The position numbers and the translations under genes are program-made. Shown here piece after piece: positions 38,498-48,580 of a DNA stretch of 64,000 nucleotides. Under the pieces are notes generated by a model. The model was given only the letters and a program-made list of their open reading frames with translations, did not search any database and was not told where the DNA came from. This DNA comes from an uncultured delta proteobacterium (GTDB lineage Bacteria > Desulfobacterota > Desulfomonilia > Desulfomonilales > Desulfomonilaceae), in NCBI GenBank assembly GCA_963700305.1, contig CAVOXB010000027.1, positions 320,358 to 384,357 of the forward strand, written 5' to 3'. Positions within the stretch are counted from its first letter, which is position 1; the number at the start of each line of letters is the position of its first letter.

Positions 38498-40231
38498 TTA
38501 CACTTTGATTGTGCTCAAGATTTTTATATCTTCTACGAAGCTGCCCTCAAATTCCGCGAGTGCAGCCTTTGTGATGGAGTTTTCTATAGCTTCGGTCTTG
38601 AGCGCCCGAATGAAATCGCTCTCGTCACTAGATAGCTCGGCAAATTGATCGGAGGTGTCCAGCGAGGTAGGCTGAGCCAATGTGAGTGTCTTTATTTTTG
38701 CGCCCCCGAAAAAATCCTCGATCGTTTGATTTAATTCGGGTTTGTTGTTCAGTATTGTCTCAAAGCTTTTCTTGTGAATTTTCTTGTTGAACCCGATCTC
38801 CACCTCCGTAGTCCCGAAATTCAGGAGATTTCCGTGTTCCATAACTGAGAGCAGCCTGGATTCATTTAATGGCCTTAGTAATTCCTTCAAATCCATCCAC
38901 ACTTCATCAGGAGTGCCTGAGGGCAGAGGTGTGATCTTGGTAATAGTGAATTTGTTAGAAGGAATCTCCTCAGCAACTGTGACAGCCCCGGGAACTGCGA
39001 CCTCTGTGGGCCGTGTACTGACGTGTCTTCGGTCAGAAGGTTCCGGTTTGCCCCGCGTTTCAGGCCGCTTCGTAGGAGGAGCGCCTGAATCCATGCGACG
39101 AATGATCTCGGACAAGTCCATCAGTTCAGGCGCGTACGCCATCTTGAGCACCGTCATTTCCAAACTTATCCATGGATTGCCCGAGCGCTTTATTTCTCCC
39201 TCGCTCTTGACCAGTATACTGAAGAAATTTTGAAGCTCATGTGGGGAGGATCGCTTCGAGAGCTGTTCCATCTCCTCTAGTTCAAATGGGGGTGCGTTAA
39301 TCAGTCCCTCAACTCTGTCGTTTTTGTGGACAGCAGCCACAACTATCAAATTGCGCATGTATTGAATCATGTCCAGAACGAACTGCTCCGGATCGTAACC
39401 CTCGTGGAACAGCTCATGAACCACTGCCAGTGCGGCTGCAGGATTCCGGTCAATGATTGAGGTCATGAGGCGTCCGAAGCGGTCTATACCCGCTATTCCA
39501 AGAATGCTTACGACATCTTTGGCGGAAATCCTCTGCGAAGTGAACGCAATCACCTGATCTAGAAGGCTCAACGCATCTCTGAAAGATCCCTGGGCTTCTC
39601 TTGCTACAAGGGTCAGAGCGTTTTCATCCGCCTCTATCTTTTCTTCCGCCAGAATGCGAGCCATTCCCTCGGCGATTTCATTAATGGAGATGGTCCTGAA
39701 ATTAAACCGCTGACAACGGGAATTAATGGTTGCAGGCACTTTGTGGGATTCAGTGGTAGCGAACATGAATTTTGCGTGACGAGGTGGCTCCTCCAAAGTC
39801 TTGAGCAGTGCGTTAAAAGCGTTTATTGAGATCATGTGGACTTCATCAATAATTATGATCTTATAAGGCGAGCCGACCGGAGGGTATTTTATATTTTCGT
39901 TAATTTCACGGATATTTTCCACGGAAGTGTTGGACGCACCGTCGATCTCTTGCACATCCACGCTTGTTCCCCTGCTGATTTCCTTGCATGACGAACACTT
40001 GTTGCAAGGATTGGGATCCGTTTCCGCCCGCCCCGAGCAATTTAGCGCTTTTGCCAGGATCCTTGCTACGGTGGTCTTGCCGACTCCGCGGACCCCGCAG
40101 AAAAGAAAAGCATGAGCCACCCTGCCCGACAGGATGGAATTGGACAAGGTTTGCACCACATGGTTTTGTCCAACCACCTCTGCGAACGTTGAGGGTCTGT
40201 ATTTTCTTGCTAAGACGAGGTACGAAGACAT
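38498..40231 (-). CDS. dnaX: DNA polymerase III subunit gamma/tau
   Basis: MSSYLVLARKYRPSTFAEVVGQNHV...FLFCGVRGVGKTTVARILAKALNC shows the Walker A motif and a Zn-finger-like Cys cluster (CNKCSSC). Confidence 0.9.
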   Translation of the reverse strand: MSSYLVLARKYRPSTFAEVVGQNHVVQTLSNSILSGRVAHAFLFCGVRGVGKTTVARILAKALNCSGRAETDPNPCNKCSSCKEISRGTSVDVQEIDGASNTSVENIREINENIKYPPVGSPYKIIIIDEVHMISINAFNALLKTLEEPPRHAKFMFATTESHKVPATINSRCQRFNFRTISINEIAEGMARILAEEKIEADENALTLVAREAQGSFRDALSLLDQVIAFTSQRISAKDVVSILGIAGIDRFGRLMTSIIDRNPAAALAVVHELFHEGYDPEQFVLDMIQYMRNLIVVAAVHKNDRVEGLINAPPFELEEMEQLSKRSSPHELQNFFSILVKSEGEIKRSGNPWISLEMTVLKMAYAPELMDLSEIIRRMDSGAPPTKRPETRGKPEPSDRRHVSTRPTEVAVPGAVTVAEEIPSNKFTITKITPLPSGTPDEVWMDLKELLRPLNESRLLSVMEHGNLLNFGTTEVEIGFNKKIHKKSFETILNNKPELNQTIEDFFGGAKIKTLTLAQPTSLDTSDQFAELSSDESDFIRALKTEAIENSITKAALAEFEGSFVEDIKILSTIKV

Positions 40232-40265
40232 TACTGCGAGGTGTCCGTTGCCGGCCTATGCGGCC

Positions 40266-40372
40266 AAGTCCGGTGATCGGGTGAGGGCCGGCCCCCGAGA
40301 TTACTTCCGCTGCTTCCTTCCGGACCTGACGGGTTCAGTAACTCCAGGCCGCCCTCACCCGGTCACCGGATA
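40266..40372 (-). ncRNA. ffs: Signal recognition particle RNA (4.5S RNA), small bacterial type, immediately upstream of dnaX
   Basis: The minus strand reads ...CCGGUGACCGGGUGAGGGCGGCCUGGAGUUACUGAACCCGUCAGGUCCGGAAGGAAGCAGCGGAAGUAAUCUCGGGGGCCGGCCCUCACCCGAUCACCGG. It contains the conserved domain IV motif GUCAGGUCCGGAAGGAAGCAGC inside a long terminal helix. Confidence 0.8.
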
Positions 40373-40847
40373 TTTGCTTTTCACCGGCCAAATGAGGGAA
40401 GAACTGGCCAAATCTAAAAAGATCTTTTTACCAGAAAAAGGGGGCCTGCGTCAAGAGCATGATGGGCAAGACCTGCATCCGTTCGCTTGCGTGGTAAAGA
40501 TTGTGATCGCGAGCAGAAGCCAGAGCAAGCCAGCGCTTGGCCATTTTTTCGTTCTGCTTCTTTGGTCCAGAAAGGTCCAGATTCGAAATTGACAGATCAT
40601 TAGCCGAGCCTAATCTAGTCTCTTACGAAGGTTCGTGATAGCGACTTCCTTTCTGTTATACGTTTCCAAATGAGAATCCGTAGTGTAAATGTCCTTTACC
40701 TCATATCTACTATATCTCTCTTTTATATATATATTTTTTGATACTACGCTTGCCTCTCATGATGCCGCTGTCACGGTTGAACGGCGCCAGACCCGCGAGA
40801 CTGGTGATTTCGAGCGCGACTTGCCTCGCCCAGCGGAGCCAGGTCTG

Positions 40848-41480
<633 letters not shown>

Positions 41481-41615
41481 CTCCCTTGTGGATACGGCCT
41501 CAGAAGGCCCAGCGACTGTTCGGGCTTTTCGCACGTCGGCTCCGGCGATCCAGCTATGGGACAGCCTTTGAAGGCCCAGGCGTTAACGATCTGCCGGTCC
41601 GTTGTCTAGCTTTCT

Positions 41616-41987
41616 TCAGAAAACCAAACGGCCGTGCGACCCCCCTATACAGCTAGTACTGTGGGTGACACAAATAGTCTTGTAGGCGGTTAATGACGCC
41701 AAGATCAATGAATCCATAGAAGGAATTCCCAATCCATGAGATAGCCGAGCAGCCCGGCTGAGTATTTCTGAATCCAGCCATGCTACCAAAGTCACAGAAT
41801 TTATGGCGTCCAGGATTGCTTCGCATTCCTTGAGTTTCCCTTTCAGGCCGAGGCGTTCAATCTCGAACAATGTCAAGGAGGAAACGACGAGATCCTCTTT
41901 GTCATCAAGACCTGATTTCCAGATTGTTAACGCTTCGGGGTTTCCATTCATAAGTTCAATGAAGAAACCAGTATCAAGCCCTATCAT
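41616..41987 (-). CDS. vapC: PIN-domain protein (VapC-like toxin). The C-terminal region is atypical.
   Basis: N-terminal MIGLDTGFFIEL is the PIN Asp motif. The C-terminus ...VTHSTS lacks the usual final acidic residue, so it may be inactive. Confidence 0.5.
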   Translation of the reverse strand: MIGLDTGFFIELMNGNPEALTIWKSGLDDKEDLVVSSLTLFEIERLGLKGKLKECEAILDAINSVTLVAWLDSEILSRAARLSHGLGIPSMDSLILASLTAYKTICVTHSTSCIGGSHGRLVF

Positions 41988-42204
41988 CTATTCTACCCTG
42001 TTCAAGCTCATCCCAGATGTCGGACGAAACGACGCCGGGATGGATCAGCTCAAGAAGACGGGTTCCCGCTTCCTTTTTTCGTTTCTGTTTCAGATATGCC
42101 TCAAGGGCTTTGGCTGTAAACGCCGACAAGGATAGGCCTTCGTTTTCGGCTGCTTGCTTCAATGTCGGTCCGATATTATCGGGAACGTGCACTGTTATTC
42201 GCAT
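41974..42204 (-). CDS. vapB: Ribbon-helix-helix (CopG/VapB-like) antitoxin
   Basis: MRITVHVPDNIGPTLKQAAENEGLSLSAFTAKALEAYL has an RHH beta-strand and helices. Overlaps vapC by 14 nt. Confidence 0.55.
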   Translation of the reverse strand: MRITVHVPDNIGPTLKQAAENEGLSLSAFTAKALEAYLKQKRKKEAGTRLLELIHPGVVSSDIWDELEQGRIDDRA

Positions 42205-42356
42205 GACGCCCTCCGCAGCATATACGTGTGTATGAGCATAACATGCCACTTAATTAATGACCACTAAGATCCCCTACGGTTCAGTGACCACAGTGACCAT
42301 GGACTAAGAGGCCCCTATGACTAGAAATCTTACCACATCAATCAACCTAAAAATCT

Positions 42357-43103
42357 TCAAGGCTCTATCGAGTCGGGGTTCCGTCCCAACAGTCGCAACA
42401 AATTGCCTCCTAATACGGCTCTTGTATCCATTCCGGAAAAGAGACACTCTATCTTGCGCTTTTCGTGAGCAGGCGTGCCGAAGGGATAATCCGAGCCGAA
42501 CATTATACGATCGCATCCGTAAGTGCTCGAGAAATCCTTGATCTCGTCACGACTCCCCAGCGCTGTGTCTACCCATACACTCTCATTTTCAAACACACCT
42601 GCCCGTTTGAGTTGATAGTAGCCGCCATTCAGTGCTCCCATGTGAGGAATAATCACCGTTGTTTTGCCGGCAATTTTCTTAAGATACTTGATCGTGTTGT
42701 GGAATTCTTCCTCGAGAACCACAGGCAAATGTTTGCCGCAAATTTCTTCAATTATTCTGTTACACTCAGATGTGCCGTACGAATAAATGGGCTCATCGGA
42801 ATGGCGATGCCATTTTATGCCTACAAAGCCATCCGGAACTGGAGGAAAGTCGTTCCATACGAAAAAGTAAGGGAAGACTACATTATCGGTTGCTTTTTCC
42901 AGGAGATAGCTATGTACACGGCCTCGGCTTTGCGCGTATTCAAGCGAGTCCTTGAAAAGAGGATCGTATCGGTCGTAAATCTCTTCAACCGGCGAAAACA
43001 GTACTCCCCCATCTATTTCGCCTGCTTGCCATTCTCTTGCGATTTCTTCATACGGAATTGTGAGTCCGCAATGAGCATGAGCATCCAATATCAAATCCGC
43101 CAA
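42357..43103 (-). CDS. Amidohydrolase-2 family metal-dependent hydrolase (TIM barrel)
   Basis: N-terminal LILDAHAHCG (HxH) and C-terminal IMFGSDYPF (Asp) motifs. Confidence 0.65.
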   Translation of the reverse strand: MADLILDAHAHCGLTIPYEEIAREWQAGEIDGGVLFSPVEEIYDRYDPLFKDSLEYAQSRGRVHSYLLEKATDNVVFPYFFVWNDFPPVPDGFVGIKWHRHSDEPIYSYGTSECNRIIEEICGKHLPVVLEEEFHNTIKYLKKIAGKTTVIIPHMGALNGGYYQLKRAGVFENESVWVDTALGSRDEIKDFSSTYGCDRIMFGSDYPFGTPAHEKRKIECLFSGMDTRAVLGGNLLRLLGRNPDSIEP

Positions 43104-43120
43104 GACGACCCCCAGCTTTT

Positions 43121-43591
43121 TTATCGTGATTCCATAAACTTTGAAGGAAACTGATCCGAATGCGCCAGAGGGAAATCAGGCAGAACGATCAGCGTAGAGG
43201 TTCCATGGGCCAATACCTTGCCTTCCTGATCCGTCACTTTGGCTTCTCCCAATCCTAGAGTCTTACCTAATTTGATCTTCTTGCCCTTGGCAATGAGTTT
43301 GCCGTTCTTGGCGGGTGCGAGGTAGTTAAGTTTCAAATCTACAGATGTCATGCCCGAGCTTTCATCCACTTCCGCGAACAAGCACCAAAAAGCAGCCGCG
43401 TCGATTATGGAAGAGAATACGCCTCCATGAACCACGCCGAAAGGTTGAAGGTGCTTTGTTTCAAGAGAAATCTCGAGCAAAGAACGGCCAATGTCGAAAT
43501 CAAGCAACTTCATGGACAACAAGCTGAAATAAGGGCATTGATTGACATCTGCTTTTACCGCTTGTACATATTCGGGGTTGATTTTCGGCAT
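43121..43591 (-). CDS. PaaI/4HBT-family hotdog-fold thioesterase
   Basis: QPFGVVHGGVFSSIIDAAA...LKLNYLAPA is typical of PaaI-type thioesterases. Confidence 0.7.
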   Translation of the reverse strand: MPKINPEYVQAVKADVNQCPYFSLLSMKLLDFDIGRSLLEISLETKHLQPFGVVHGGVFSSIIDAAAFWCLFAEVDESSGMTSVDLKLNYLAPAKNGKLIAKGKKIKLGKTLGLGEAKVTDQEGKVLAHGTSTLIVLPDFPLAHSDQFPSKFMESR

Positions 43592-43637
43592 GTAGTCTCC
43601 TTAAAGCACGTATCCAAAAAAAGCAGGCCGTTTTTCT

Positions 43638-44567
43638 CTAAAAAAACCTCATTCTTGGCCTGACACGATCGTCAAGTCTGGTTATGCCTTCCTTTCGTGC
43701 ATCATCCAAGGCGCGGGCGTATTCTTCTCCAGTCACTGATCTATTCACACCCTTTTTGCCCACAGCTTTTCCGCACGGTCTGTACTGATCCATAATGTTT
43801 ACGTACGTATTTCGGGAGAGGCCTGCCAGGAACCGCATGGCTTTGCGGGTATCCGCCAGGCCATCAGGCATTACGAGATGTCTCACAAGAAGCCCACGCG
43901 TGGCTATTCCCTGCTCGTCAATCTGTAAATCACCCACTTGTCGGTGCATTTCCGTGATGGCCGCTTGAACCACCTGCGGATAATCCTCGGCGTCCATGAG
44001 TTCCTTGGATATTTTTGGGTCCATGAATTTCAGGTCGGGCATGTAGACGTCCACAACACCGTCCAGGAGTTGCAGGGTCTCAACCTTGTCATAGCCGCCG
44101 GTATTGTAAACCAGCGGGACGCTCAATCCATTGCCTGCGGCCCAATAAACCGCTTCCAGTATTTGTGGGACCAGATGTGAGGGCGTGACGAGATTTATGT
44201 TGTGACATCCCATCTGCTGCAATTTAAGCATGAGCCCTCCCAGAGCGGTCTCATCCACTTCTTCGCCTTCCATGAGATGGCTGATCTCGTAATTCTGGCA
44301 AAATATGCATTTGAGATTGCAGGAAGTGAAAAATATTGTACCTGAACCGCCTGACCCCACCAACGGTGCTTCCTCACCGTAATGCGGATGCGCTGATGCA
44401 ACCATCGCCCGAGCCCCGAGACCACAGAGGCCTGTTTCTCCCTCAAGCCTGTTCACCCCGCACTCGCGTGGGCACACACCGCAATTTTTGAGCAAAGCCC
44501 GCGCTCGGGAGATCTTTTCCGGGAATGCTCCTTCTTGCATCGTCTTGAGATAAATCGGCTCAAACAT
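43638..44567 (-). CDS. Radical SAM enzyme of the PFL-activase-like AmmeMemoRadiSam-system type, with no AMMECR1/MEMO1 partners in the window
   Basis: N-terminal Cys cluster CGVCPRECGVNRLEGETGLCG followed by the radical-SAM motif CNLKCIFCQN. Confidence 0.65.
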   Translation of the reverse strand: MFEPIYLKTMQEGAFPEKISRARALLKNCGVCPRECGVNRLEGETGLCGLGARAMVASAHPHYGEEAPLVGSGGSGTIFFTSCNLKCIFCQNYEISHLMEGEEVDETALGGLMLKLQQMGCHNINLVTPSHLVPQILEAVYWAAGNGLSVPLVYNTGGYDKVETLQLLDGVVDVYMPDLKFMDPKISKELMDAEDYPQVVQAAITEMHRQVGDLQIDEQGIATRGLLVRHLVMPDGLADTRKAMRFLAGLSRNTYVNIMDQYRPCGKAVGKKGVNRSVTGEEYARALDDARKEGITRLDDRVRPRMRFF

Positions 44568-44707
44568 TCGTATCTTCCTTTATCCGTGTTATTCCAGTGC
44601 GAATTCGCTTCCTGTGAACATACGAACATCCAACCAATCTAAAGAGTAGCATTTCATTATGATGTTAAGACTCATATGGAATTCTTTTTGGGGGTTGATG
44701 GACTGCT

Positions 44708-45448
44708 TCAATACTCTACCCATTGAAGACACAGACCATTCGGCGGTGCGGCCGGACCGGAACGTGATCGATCGCAGGACGCCAGAATTTCAGAAAAATC
44801 CGAAGACCTGATTTTTCCTCTCCCCACAAGCACAAGGGTCCCCACAATGGAACGCACCATGTATCTCAAGAACCCCGTGCCACAGATTGCGAAAGACAGT
44901 AGTCCCTGGCCCTCGTCAAATTGCCATTCCGCCCTTAGAATCTGCCTCACGGTGGAAGGCGTGCCATCTGTAGGACTGCCGAAAGCTGCAAAATCATGGG
45001 ACCCTACGAGAAAAGACCCCGCCTCTTCCATAGACTTCAGATCCAGGGCATAAGGAATGTGCCAAGCATACAACCGGTTCATTGGAGACCTGAGGGACCG
45101 ATTCAGAATAGTATAAACATACGTTTTACAATGCGCAGAGTGTCTTGCATGGAAGTCCTCCGGGGTAGGCGCCAAATCGCGAATCATCACGTCCGAAGGC
45201 AGTAGAGCGTTGAGGCTCCTGTGCAAGTCCGCAGGTGAGCGATTCCATTCAGCAGTGAAATGAGCCACTTGGCCAGTGGCGTGCACTCCTGCGTCAGTGC
45301 GTCCAGCCCCATGAACCCGAGTCAACTTGCCGAAGATCCGGGCGAGGGCGGTCTCCAATGCCCCTTGAATCGTGGGCAACTCCTTCTGCAGTTGCCATCC
45401 GTGATACGCTGTGCCGTCGTATTCAACTACGGCCATGAATTTGGTCAT
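44708..45448 (-). CDS. truA: tRNA pseudouridine(38-40) synthase
   Basis: MAVVEYDGTAYHGWQLQ...VHGAGRTDAGVHATGQVAHF contains the catalytic Asp motif RTDAGVHA. Confidence 0.85.
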   Translation of the reverse strand: MTKFMAVVEYDGTAYHGWQLQKELPTIQGALETALARIFGKLTRVHGAGRTDAGVHATGQVAHFTAEWNRSPADLHRSLNALLPSDVMIRDLAPTPEDFHARHSAHCKTYVYTILNRSLRSPMNRLYAWHIPYALDLKSMEEAGSFLVGSHDFAAFGSPTDGTPSTVRQILRAEWQFDEGQGLLSFAICGTGFLRYMVRSIVGTLVLVGRGKIRSSDFSEILASCDRSRSGPAAPPNGLCLQWVEY

Positions 45449-45564
45449 TTTTGTGCCGAAAGATTGAATGGGTCTAGAATAGCGGCAGACAAGTAATGAC
45501 CATAAAAAGATGAATCATTTCCAGTCCCCTAACTTTAATGCTATCCGAGGAGGGATAGCATTGT

Positions 45565-45632
45565 GAGGCAGGCTTTCGAGCCTGCCTGTCCTAAAATGGC
45601 AAAAATGGCAGGCTGGAATGCCTGCCCCGCAA
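45565..45632. repeat. Repeat family 2 (REP-like) paired unit: GCAGGCTTTCGAGCCTGCC - 18-nt spacer - GGCAGGCTGGAATGCCTGCCCC
   Basis: Homologous paired hairpins at 53641-53707 with a near-identical spacer, and more degenerate copies at 47927-47952 and 57034-57096. Confidence 0.55.
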
Positions 45633-45643
45633 TGCATGCAATA

Positions 45644-46252
45644 TCAGCCTTGGACAGAGGCCTGTTCGCACATTCTCAGGAAATACCGGTGAATTCTATC
45701 ATCCGATGACAATTCAGGGTGAAAAGCGGTAACCATTAAAGAGCCTCGTCGCGCGGCGACTATTCGGCCATCTTTGAGGCGACTGAGGACCTGAACCTCG
45801 GTTCCCACTTTTGTAATCACGGGAGCCCTAATGAAAACGCCGTGAAATGAGCCGCCTTCCAGTCCCTCTATTTCAAGATCTTCCTCGAAGCTGTCCACCT
45901 GTCTGCCAAAAGCGTTTCGCTCCACGGTCATATCCATAACCGCTAGAATGGCCTGTTGCATTCCCACTTCCTTGGCCATGAACACCAGTCCCGCACATGT
46001 GCCCCACACCGGGATGGACTTGGCGGCCTCTTTCATGGGTTCTATGAGGCCGTGCCAGTCCGCGAGTTTGCCTATGGTTGTGCTTTCTCCTCCGGGGATG
46101 ATCAGACCGTCGAGATTTTCCAGTTCTTCCGGAAGTCTGACTTCAACAACTTCGACCCCGAGTCCCCTGAGAATTTTGCAGTGCTCGCGGAACGCCCCTT
46201 GAAGGGCCAACACTCCTATTCTCATGGGCTTTTTACCATCCTCGGGCTGCAA
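45644..46252 (-). CDS. pdxT: Pyridoxal 5'-phosphate synthase glutaminase subunit
   Basis: [15 protein letters not shown]...[11 protein letters not shown]...WGTCAG (catalytic Cys). Confidence 0.85.
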   Translation of the reverse strand: MQPEDGKKPMRIGVLALQGAFREHCKILRGLGVEVVEVRLPEELENLDGLIIPGGESTTIGKLADWHGLIEPMKEAAKSIPVWGTCAGLVFMAKEVGMQQAILAVMDMTVERNAFGRQVDSFEEDLEIEGLEGGSFHGVFIRAPVITKVGTEVQVLSRLKDGRIVAARRGSLMVTAFHPELSSDDRIHRYFLRMCEQASVQG

Positions 46253-47114
46253 GCCGCTCCGTCTCAGGCAATGTCGTCACTCCGATTCCCACCATGGGCT
46301 CTCCGAGTCCTTTGCTGATTTCTGCCAGAATTTTAGGATCGTTATAGTGGGTCACCGCCTGAACGATGGCCTTGGCTCTTAAAGAGGGGCTGCCGCTCTT
46401 GAAGATTCCCGAACCGACAAAAACGCCATCCACTCCGAGTTGCATCATCAACGCGGCATCCGCAGGGGTAGCTAGTCCTCCAGCAGCGAAGTTCACCACC
46501 GGGAGGGTTCCCTTTTCCGCTGTTTCTTTGACCAATTCATAGGGAGCCCCTATTTCCTTGGAGTAGGACATCATTTCGTCAGGTCGCATGGTTGTCAGCC
46601 GGCGGATTTCACCCAGCACTGCCCTCGCATGCCGAACCGCTTCAACCACGTCACCGGTCCCGGCTTCCCCTTTTGTACGGATCATTGCCGCTCCTTCGCC
46701 GATGCGCCGGAGCGCTTCGCCAAGATTTCGGCATCCGCACACAAATGGAACCTTGAAATCATGCTTGTTTATATGATTATGCTCGTCAGCGGGGGTGAGG
46801 ACTTCGCTTTCGTCTATATAGTCGACGCCGATGGCTTCGAGTATCTGCGCTTCCACAAAATGGCCAATGCGACACTTCGCCATTACCGGAATACTTACGG
46901 TTTTCATAATTTCGAGAATCAGACCGGGATCGCTCATGCGGGCCACTCCCCCGTGGGCACGAATGTCCGCGGGGACCCTTTCGAGGGCCATGACCGCGCA
47001 GGCCCCGGCATCTTCCGCGATTCGGGCATGTTCAGGGGTTACAACGTCCATTATCACTCCGCCCTTTAACATTTGGGCGTGACCTCGTTTAACGGTTTCG
47101 GTCCCTGTTTGCAT
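46233..47114 (-). CDS. pdxS: Pyridoxal 5'-phosphate synthase lyase subunit
   Basis: [45 protein letters not shown] is near-invariant PdxS sequence. Confidence 0.9.
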   Translation of the reverse strand: MQTGTETVKRGHAQMLKGGVIMDVVTPEHARIAEDAGACAVMALERVPADIRAHGGVARMSDPGLILEIMKTVSIPVMAKCRIGHFVEAQILEAIGVDYIDESEVLTPADEHNHINKHDFKVPFVCGCRNLGEALRRIGEGAAMIRTKGEAGTGDVVEAVRHARAVLGEIRRLTTMRPDEMMSYSKEIGAPYELVKETAEKGTLPVVNFAAGGLATPADAALMMQLGVDGVFVGSGIFKSGSPSLRAKAIVQAVTHYNDPKILAEISKGLGEPMVGIGVTTLPETERLAARGW

Positions 47115-47256
47115 TTACCTTCTCCGAAAATACTTTAAGATTTGACCATGCTTCTGAAGTGACTTACCGAATTCTAAATTATAGCACGATTTCGCAGGAA
47201 TCCCAGAGGACGCGAGGGGATTTCGGGCAGAAATGTCCGTGGTCCAAGAAAAAAGA

Positions 47257-47727
47257 TTACGGATGAGATATGCTTTGGTGGTGCTCCCTGTCTTCGGGAA
47301 TGAGAACCGGCGTCGTGTGGTTGAGGTTCATTCTTTCAGGTTCTTTTTTTCTTTTCCAAATGCGGCTCATCTCGGCAATGCGCGTGAGCTTGCCTGAACC
47401 ATGAGAGCGATCCTCACGAGCGGGGATAGGTTTTCCTGTCACCTCGCCGTACACGGCGTTCAAGACTTCTTGAAGGCTGTTGAAGATAGTCTGTACGATG
47501 GCAGGGTCCAGGTCGAAATCGCCGCAATGGGTTCGACCTTTTTCGAGAGCATCTTCCGTTATGTTGTACGCTGCCAGTACGCTCCGAATGATGTTTCTTT
47601 TCCTATGAATCTCGCGCCAGGCAATCCAGGAGGCGAAAAGAGAAATCATTCCAAAAACCACACACATAACAAAAACGATCACATTGAAATACTTGATCGT
47701 AATGTCCAACAGATTCATTGATTCCAT
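47257..47727 (-). CDS. Hypothetical protein with an N-terminal TM helix
   Basis: The start was chosen at MESMNLL. No recognised family. Confidence 0.35.
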   Translation of the reverse strand: MESMNLLDITIKYFNVIVFVMCVVFGMISLFASWIAWREIHRKRNIIRSVLAAYNITEDALEKGRTHCGDFDLDPAIVQTIFNSLQEVLNAVYGEVTGKPIPAREDRSHGSGKLTRIAEMSRIWKRKKEPERMNLNHTTPVLIPEDREHHQSISHP

Positions 47728-47926
47728 GTTCGGCTCCTTTCCGGAAAGCAAAAGAAGGCAATACTGTCCCGGCGGTCCACCCCTATCAGGAACCGGAGAA
47801 GCCGTCAATGACAAATCGAAAGGAAATTACGCGATTTCAGCCTGACTTACCGGAATTTAGGTGTAATTGAGATTAGTCGTCGCGACTGCGGCATGGCCTT
47901 CGGACAGGCGCGCTGAGAACGGTAAA

Positions 47927-47952
47927 AGCAGGCTGCAAAGCCTGCTCCACAC
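47927..47952. repeat. Repeat family 2, single unit (GCAGGCTGCAAAGCCTGCTCCACAC)
   Basis: Matches the second hairpin unit of family 2. Confidence 0.4.
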
Positions 47953-48086
47953 GGATCTGCATGTGTTGCCAGAATTAATGCCCGATTGGGGAAAAGAATA
48001 ATTCGTAGGTGCCAGCCTCCGTGCCGGCACATCTTCGAAAATGATCAATGATGTCTATAAAATGAGCCGGCAAGGACCTGGTCACT

Positions 48087-48518
48087 TTACTTTTTCTGCT
48101 CTTCTATCTTCCTGATTTCCTCTTTCACGAAGTCTTTGAATGCATCATCAGGTGACATGAGAGCGGCCATCTCGGCCTCCAGATTGGACGGACGAATTTT
48201 ACAGATCCAGGCCTCTCCGTAAGGGGATTCGTTCATCTTCTCAGGTTCGTCTTCCAGCATTGAATTGACTTCCGCCACTTCGCCGCTTACTACCGCGTAA
48301 ATCCTGCCCACCCACTTTCCGGATTCAATCGAGCCGTATGGCTTTCCTTGAGCGAGTTCATCCCCCTCCTGAGGAAGATCGACAAATGTTATTTCTCCGG
48401 CTTGCTTAGAAATAAATTCCGTAGCGCCTGTCACAACAAGATCACCCTCGACTTTTGCCCAGAAATGGTTCTTTTCGTATGTTAGATCGTCGGGGAAAAA
48501 ATAACCTTCATAGTCCAT
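48087..48518 (-). CDS. GcvH-like lipoyl-carrier protein (glycine cleavage H-protein family), adjacent to hdrB and hdrC
   Basis: ...GKPYGSIESGKWVGRIYAVVSGEVAEVN... The lipoyl-Lys context (ES.K) is conserved. Confidence 0.7.
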   Translation of the reverse strand: MDYEGYFFPDDLTYEKNHFWAKVEGDLVVTGATEFISKQAGEITFVDLPQEGDELAQGKPYGSIESGKWVGRIYAVVSGEVAEVNSMLEDEPEKMNESPYGEAWICKIRPSNLEAEMAALMSPDDAFKDFVKEEIRKIEEQKK

Positions 48519-48580
48519 TGCAGCCTCCTTCGAAAGGCCGATTTGCGATCGACCAAATACCTAGAATCAATTGCACAACC

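Noticed and set aside
40134-40592. 152-aa plus-strand ORF upstream of dnaX
   Set aside because: Overlaps the SRP RNA gene and dnaX start region. No coding signal.
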